Notes under the pieces: model-generated
What the model saw: the letters and a program-made list of their open reading frames with translations, nothing else
The model's database searches: none
What the model was told of the DNA's origin: nothing
DNA from: a virus
Virus record (IMG/VR): IMGVR_UViG_3300045988_160567
Span: 1-17,469 of that record
Reading direction: 5' to 3' (one strand)
DNA length: 17,469 bases
Program-made: the position numbers and the translations under genes
Part shown: positions 14,148 to 17,469 of the stretch, one piece after another
Numbering within the stretch: the stretch's first letter is position 1
Layout of the letters: every line of letters begins with the position of its first letter

Positions 14148-15135
14148 CTACTATGATTTCGGAAATCTGCTCTCACGCAACGGGGTATTCAACATGGTCG
14201 TGGGCGCCCGCGGCGTCGGCAAAACCTACGGCGCCAAACTCATGGTCATGAAGAATGCCATTGAGAAGGGCGAAGAGTTCGTCTACCTGCGCCGCTACAA
14301 AACAGAGATGCGAACCACTCAGACATTCTTCGCCGACGTCGCCCACGAATACCCGCGCCACAATTTCCGAGTCAACGGCGGCGAGGCGCAATATAAGGAG
14401 AGGGGCGCGCGGAAATGGATCACGTTCGGCTATTTCGTGGCACTCTCCACGGCCCAGAAAATGAAGTCCGTGTCCTATCCCAAGGTCACGCGGATCATTT
14501 ATGACGAGTTCATCATTGAGAAAGGATACGTGCGATACCTCCCCGCCGAAGTGGACGCACTCCTATCCTTCTACAGCACTGTGGACCGCTGGCAGGACCG
14601 CACTCGCGTACTCATGCTCGCCAACGCCGTGAGCATTGATAATCCCTATTTCATTAAATGGAATATCGAACCGTGCGGGAAGGAGTTCGTCACGCGGGGC
14701 GACGGTTTCGTGGTCTGCCAGTTCGTCAATTCCGCGAACTTCAGTTCGCGCGTGCGTGAAACGCGATTCGGCCGATTCCTCGAATCAATGGATCCCGTCG
14801 GAGCCGCATACTCCATTGATAATCGCTTCGCCGACTACACCAATGTCTGGGTGGACGATAAACCCGCCGGCGCCACGCCCGTTATCATACTGAGACTACC
14901 CGAGGGGTCGCTCTCGATTTGGACACACAAAGATCTGTGGTATGCTCAGAAACGGCTCCCGAAGACGGACCTGCCACGATTGGCGTTCGATCACGACGAT
15001 TTGCGCGAAGGTGAGGTACAGGTATCCTACAGTGATAAAATCATGGTCATGCTCCGCACGCAATTCCGCCACGGCCGCATGAGATTCGATAGCCCCCAAA
15101 CCCGTTCGATCCTGAAAGGAATATTCCTCAAATAA
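14140..15135 (+). CDS. DNA encapsidation ATPase (phi29 gp16-like), 331 aa
   Basis: Walker A is VVGARGVGKTYG and Walker B is RIIYDEF. FVYLRRYKTE, LANAVSIDNPYF and RETRFGRF parallel phi29 gp16 (FIYVRRYKPE, LSNAVSVVNPYF, RKTRFGRL). Confidence 0.95.
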   Translation: MSDYYDFGNLLSRNGVFNMVVGARGVGKTYGAKLMVMKNAIEKGEEFVYLRRYKTEMRTTQTFFADVAHEYPRHNFRVNGGEAQYKERGARKWITFGYFVALSTAQKMKSVSYPKVTRIIYDEFIIEKGYVRYLPAEVDALLSFYSTVDRWQDRTRVLMLANAVSIDNPYFIKWNIEPCGKEFVTRGDGFVVCQFVNSANFSSRVRETRFGRFLESMDPVGAAYSIDNRFADYTNVWVDDKPAGATPVIILRLPEGSLSIWTHKDLWYAQKRLPKTDLPRLAFDHDDLREGEVQVSYSDKIMVMLRTQFRHGRMRFDSPQTRSILKGIFLK

Positions 15136-15332
15136 TGGGCAAGCACGTATTCAAGCCCGGCGGCCTCACGCCCGCCCAGCGCAAGACGATTTACACCGTC
15201 GCCATCGCCATCACCGCGATCCTCGGAACCCGCGGAATCCTTGACAAGGATATCATTGAGGTTCTCAATCTCATCGTATCCGCGATCCTCGGAATCGCCA
15301 TCGGGAATGCACAGGACAAGACCGATGAGTGA
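15135..15332 (+). CDS. Putative holin (65 aa, two predicted transmembrane segments, charged C-terminus)
   Basis: The hydrophobic stretches are IYTVAIAITAILGT and VLNLIVSAILGIAIG, and the tail is NAQDKTDE. The gene lies immediately upstream of the endolysin and overlaps its start (ATGAGTGA). Confidence 0.55.
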   Translation: MGKHVFKPGGLTPAQRKTIYTVAIAITAILGTRGILDKDIIEVLNLIVSAILGIAIGNAQDKTDE

Positions 15333-16023
15333 CCTCGACTATTTCATCGCGCGCATGCGATGGTGGTGCGAGAGCAGCGACCTCGGATATGGTCAGGACA
15401 CGCGATGGAACATCTATGACGGCGGCGACGCCGACTGCTCCAGCCTCGTGATCCACACCCTCCAGGAGGCCGGCTTCGATACCGGCGACGCCAACTCGAC
15501 CCACGACCTGCTACCAGCCCTCGCAGTACGCGGCTGGACACTCGCCTCCCCGCCGCTCATGGCCGGAGATATCCTCCTGTCCCCCGGCAGTCACGTCGCA
15601 GTATACTTGGGCGACGGCATGCTCGCAGAAGCGAATATCAACGAGAACGGCGATATCATTAACGGCCGACCGGGCGACCAGACCGGACAGGAAACCCGCG
15701 TCACAGAATATTACGATCACCCATGGGACTACATTCTTCGATACACGGAGAATACCGCTGAAATCATTTCCAAGGAGGAAGACGAAATGAAGATCCTAAC
15801 CGATGAGAATGAGATCGGATACCTGCTCAACGGACATTCCTGCAAGAAGATCTCATACCCTCAGGCAGTCGCACTCGCAGAAATCGGTGTCCCGAACCAG
15901 CGGGTTTCCAGCACGACCCTCTACAACATCATGGAGGCCATACACGAAAGCGCCTATGACATGACCGTCACCGCAGAGGCATACAAGGCCGCCGCACAGA
16001 GACTCGCAGCCGCCGGCAGCTGA
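15325..16023 (+). CDS. Endolysin: cysteine amidase/peptidase of the Amidase_5 / NlpC-P60-CHAP clan plus a C-terminal putative wall-binding region, 232 aa
   Basis: GYGQDTRWNIYDGGDADCSSLV (catalytic Cys), GSHVAVYLG (His) and NGRPGDQTGQE are typical of phage peptidoglycan amidohydrolases. I chose ATG 15325, which is coupled to the holin stop, over the 15241 start. Confidence 0.82.
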   Translation: MSDLDYFIARMRWWCESSDLGYGQDTRWNIYDGGDADCSSLVIHTLQEAGFDTGDANSTHDLLPALAVRGWTLASPPLMAGDILLSPGSHVAVYLGDGMLAEANINENGDIINGRPGDQTGQETRVTEYYDHPWDYILRYTENTAEIISKEEDEMKILTDENEIGYLLNGHSCKKISYPQAVALAEIGVPNQRVSSTTLYNIMEAIHESAYDMTVTAEAYKAAAQRLAAAGS

Positions 16024-16033
16024 CCGCACACAT

Positions 16034-16070
16034 GAATAACCCCGGGACCGACTCGGTCCCGGGGTTATTC
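16034..16070. terminator. Hairpin terminator between convergent late (+) and right early (-) transcription units
   Basis: Perfect 16-bp stem GAATAACCCCGGGACC (16034-16049) / GGTCCCGGGGTTATTC (16055-16070) with loop GACTC. It lies in the 57-nt gap between the two convergent stop codons. The A/T-rich ends of the stem could serve both directions. Confidence 0.7.
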
Positions 16071-16080
16071 GCACCCACTA

Positions 16081-16608
16081 TCAGCGCCACTCATCCTCAG
16101 GCAGCAGCTCACAGACGAGGCCCTTAGCGATGGCGTAGTCGTGAGGGTCGCCATACGGCAGATCTGAGATCACGCCATCCTCATCCCGCAGGATATAGGC
16201 GGAGTAGTGTTCCCGATCCACGATCACACCATCCGGACGCACCGTCACAGTGTGGCCGCGATCGGCCAGATACCGCAGATCATCGAGATCCTCAGTGTCC
16301 AGGACGACCCCCACGCGCCTACCGCGCGGCGCATACGCGATCTCATCATCGGGCCCCGCCTCCACGCAGTTGTTCCAGTGACCCGACCTAGAGATATTGA
16401 TCGACTTCCCCCACTGAGCCACAGCGGGACTGTCCAGACCCGTGTCCAGCGTGATACTGATAGCCCCGCAGTTACGATCCACCTTGACGTCCCAGTTGTA
16501 GGGGCAGTCCCGCATGTACGCCAGATACCGCGTGATATCCTCGGCCGTCTTGTTTCGCGGCCAGTTCACGATGAAAGCGTCCCGCGGCTTAGAATAGAGA
16601 GCATACAT
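16081..16608 (-). CDS. Hypothetical right-end early protein (175 aa)
   Basis: Strong RBS AGGAGGAAATGAAATG on the minus strand. GC content is high, like the late genes. No motif recognised. Confidence 0.75.
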   Translation of the reverse strand: MYALYSKPRDAFIVNWPRNKTAEDITRYLAYMRDCPYNWDVKVDRNCGAISITLDTGLDSPAVAQWGKSINISRSGHWNNCVEAGPDDEIAYAPRGRRVGVVLDTEDLDDLRYLADRGHTVTVRPDGVIVDREHYSAYILRDEDGVISDLPYGDPHDYAIAKGLVCELLPEDEWR

Positions 16609-16688
16609 TTCATTTCCTCCTGTCTATATGCTCTTCATGGCGGCATTATCGCCGCCCATCCCCGCTAGCGCAGGGTATACCGGTATTA

Positions 16689-16925
16689 TTACCGAACGGT
16701 GTTCTGGGTCACGGCGGCCCAGAACTCATCGTCCTCCGAGGCGATGAAAAATCGGGTCATGTACCCGTGCCCCTGCCGACCCAGGACGGCGTCGGCGATC
16801 GCGTCGATACCGTAGTCATCGACGTCGCCGCCCGCCTCGGCGATGATATCCCGGATCGCCTTCACCGCATCGTTGCGGGACGTGTAGGCGGCCGTCGCGT
16901 CGTTGGGGTTCACCTGAGTGATCAT
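16689..16925 (-). CDS. Hypothetical small acidic right-end early protein (78 aa)
   Basis: The ATG start follows the ITR-derived RBS CAGAGAGGAACAGAAAG, so its promoter and leader are the mirror of the left early ones. It has about 13 Asp/Glu against about 6 Arg/Lys. Confidence 0.75.
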   Translation of the reverse strand: MITQVNPNDATAAYTSRNDAVKAIRDIIAEAGGDVDDYGIDAIADAVLGRQGHGYMTRFFIASEDDEFWAAVTQNTVR

Positions 16926-16977
16926 CTTTCTGTTCCTCTCTGTTGGGTTGGTCCATCACCTCTGTGGTGATGGGTTA

Positions 16978-17006
16978 ATAGTGGCATTAGTGCTGGCCCG
17001 CGTCAA
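16978..17006 (-). promoter_or_regulatory. Right early promoter, the mirror of 463-491
   Basis: On the minus strand: TTGACG (17006-17001), a 17-nt spacer ending in TGc, then CACTAT (16983-16978). It is followed by the perfect hairpin CCATCACC/GGTGATGG (16953-16973). Confidence 0.6.
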
Positions 17007-17120
17007 GCCGGTTTCGTGTGAGCCTGGTCACCAACCGACCGGCCGGTTAATTTAGGGACAGTTTGTGACCGACGCCACGCTCGCTCGATCTTGACAAACC
17101 GCGAATGTGATGCGCCCCAT

Positions 17121-17136
17121 TTAACCGATCGGTTAA
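17121..17136. promoter_or_regulatory. Perfect 16-bp palindrome TTAACCGATCGGTTAA, ITR-R copy
   Basis: Identical to 333-348 although the flanking ITR sequence differs. Confidence 0.45.
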
Positions 17137-17469
17137 TTTGGGTGCGTGACCAACGCCACATAAAAGGGTCTTGACAAGCGCCGGCTGTGATGCGCCTCAC
17201 GGAAATTGATGTGACGTGGACCACAAACACGCAGTCGGCCACCACGAGACACAGCACCGGACCCAGCCGACTCAGACGGCCCTCAGACGCGCTGTAAGGG
17301 CCCTAGAAGCGATCGGCATAGGTGGGTGTGTGTCCATGCCTAGGCCGATTTTTTCGTCCGTTCTAGGTGGGTTACAACGCGTTCTAGAGGGTGTGTGATG
17401 TAGATCATGTTACGGATGTTACTAGTGTGACTGATGGGGAAATTGAGGCGTTTTCTGCATATATACCCC

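Larger units (their letters stand above)
16921..17469. repeat. Right inverted terminal repeat (ITR-R)
   Basis: Mirror image of 1-547. It ends ...ATATATACCCC at the last base of the window. Homology fades about 2-3 codons into the first gene at each end (GTGATTAGC at the left vs ATGATCACT at the right). Confidence 0.93.

Noticed and set aside
1-17469. A search by eye for tRNA genes, CRISPR repeats, integrase, repressor or attachment sites, and transposase or IS ends.
   Set aside because: None was found. The only sizeable non-coding regions are the ITRs, 5615-5767 and 16609-16688, and none shows cloverleaf-like or spaced direct-repeat architecture. tRNAscan-SE or ARAGORN would be the formal check.

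Overview
The window appears to be a complete ~17.5-kb linear dsDNA genome of a small phi29-like, protein-primed podophage. Composition suggests a high-GC Gram-positive host, probably an actinobacterium. It starts GGGGTATATAT and ends with the exact reverse complement, ATATATACCCC, and it carries ~545-bp imperfect inverted terminal repeats (ITRs).

Gene layout:
- Left early operon (+ strand): five small ORFan genes, a putative p5-like SSB, a terminal protein, a family-B protein-primed DNA polymerase and a small ribbon-helix-helix (RHH) protein.
- A 153-nt structured gap with a strong intrinsic terminator and a possible late promoter.
- Late operon (+ strand): scaffold, major capsid protein, tail knob, portal, lower collar, an appendage carrying an SGNH-esterase domain, a two-domain tail lysin, a gp16-like packaging ATPase, a holin and a cysteine-amidase endolysin.
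- A hairpin terminator between convergent genes.
- Two leftward early ORFan genes driven from the right ITR.

I saw no tRNA, CRISPR array, integrase or repressor, so the phage is probably virulent.

The most interesting signals are non-coding:
- The ITRs carry a repeated array of palindromes and motifs.
- One ITR stem is preserved between the two copies by compensatory substitutions.
- A hairpin plus T6 tract faces the termini, which could mark a small pRNA-like RNA or a replication structure.
- At the early/late switch, a candidate late promoter would start transcription inside the stem of the early terminator.

Protein family calls rest on motifs and on remembered phi29 protein sequences. 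They need BLAST or HHpred confirmation.
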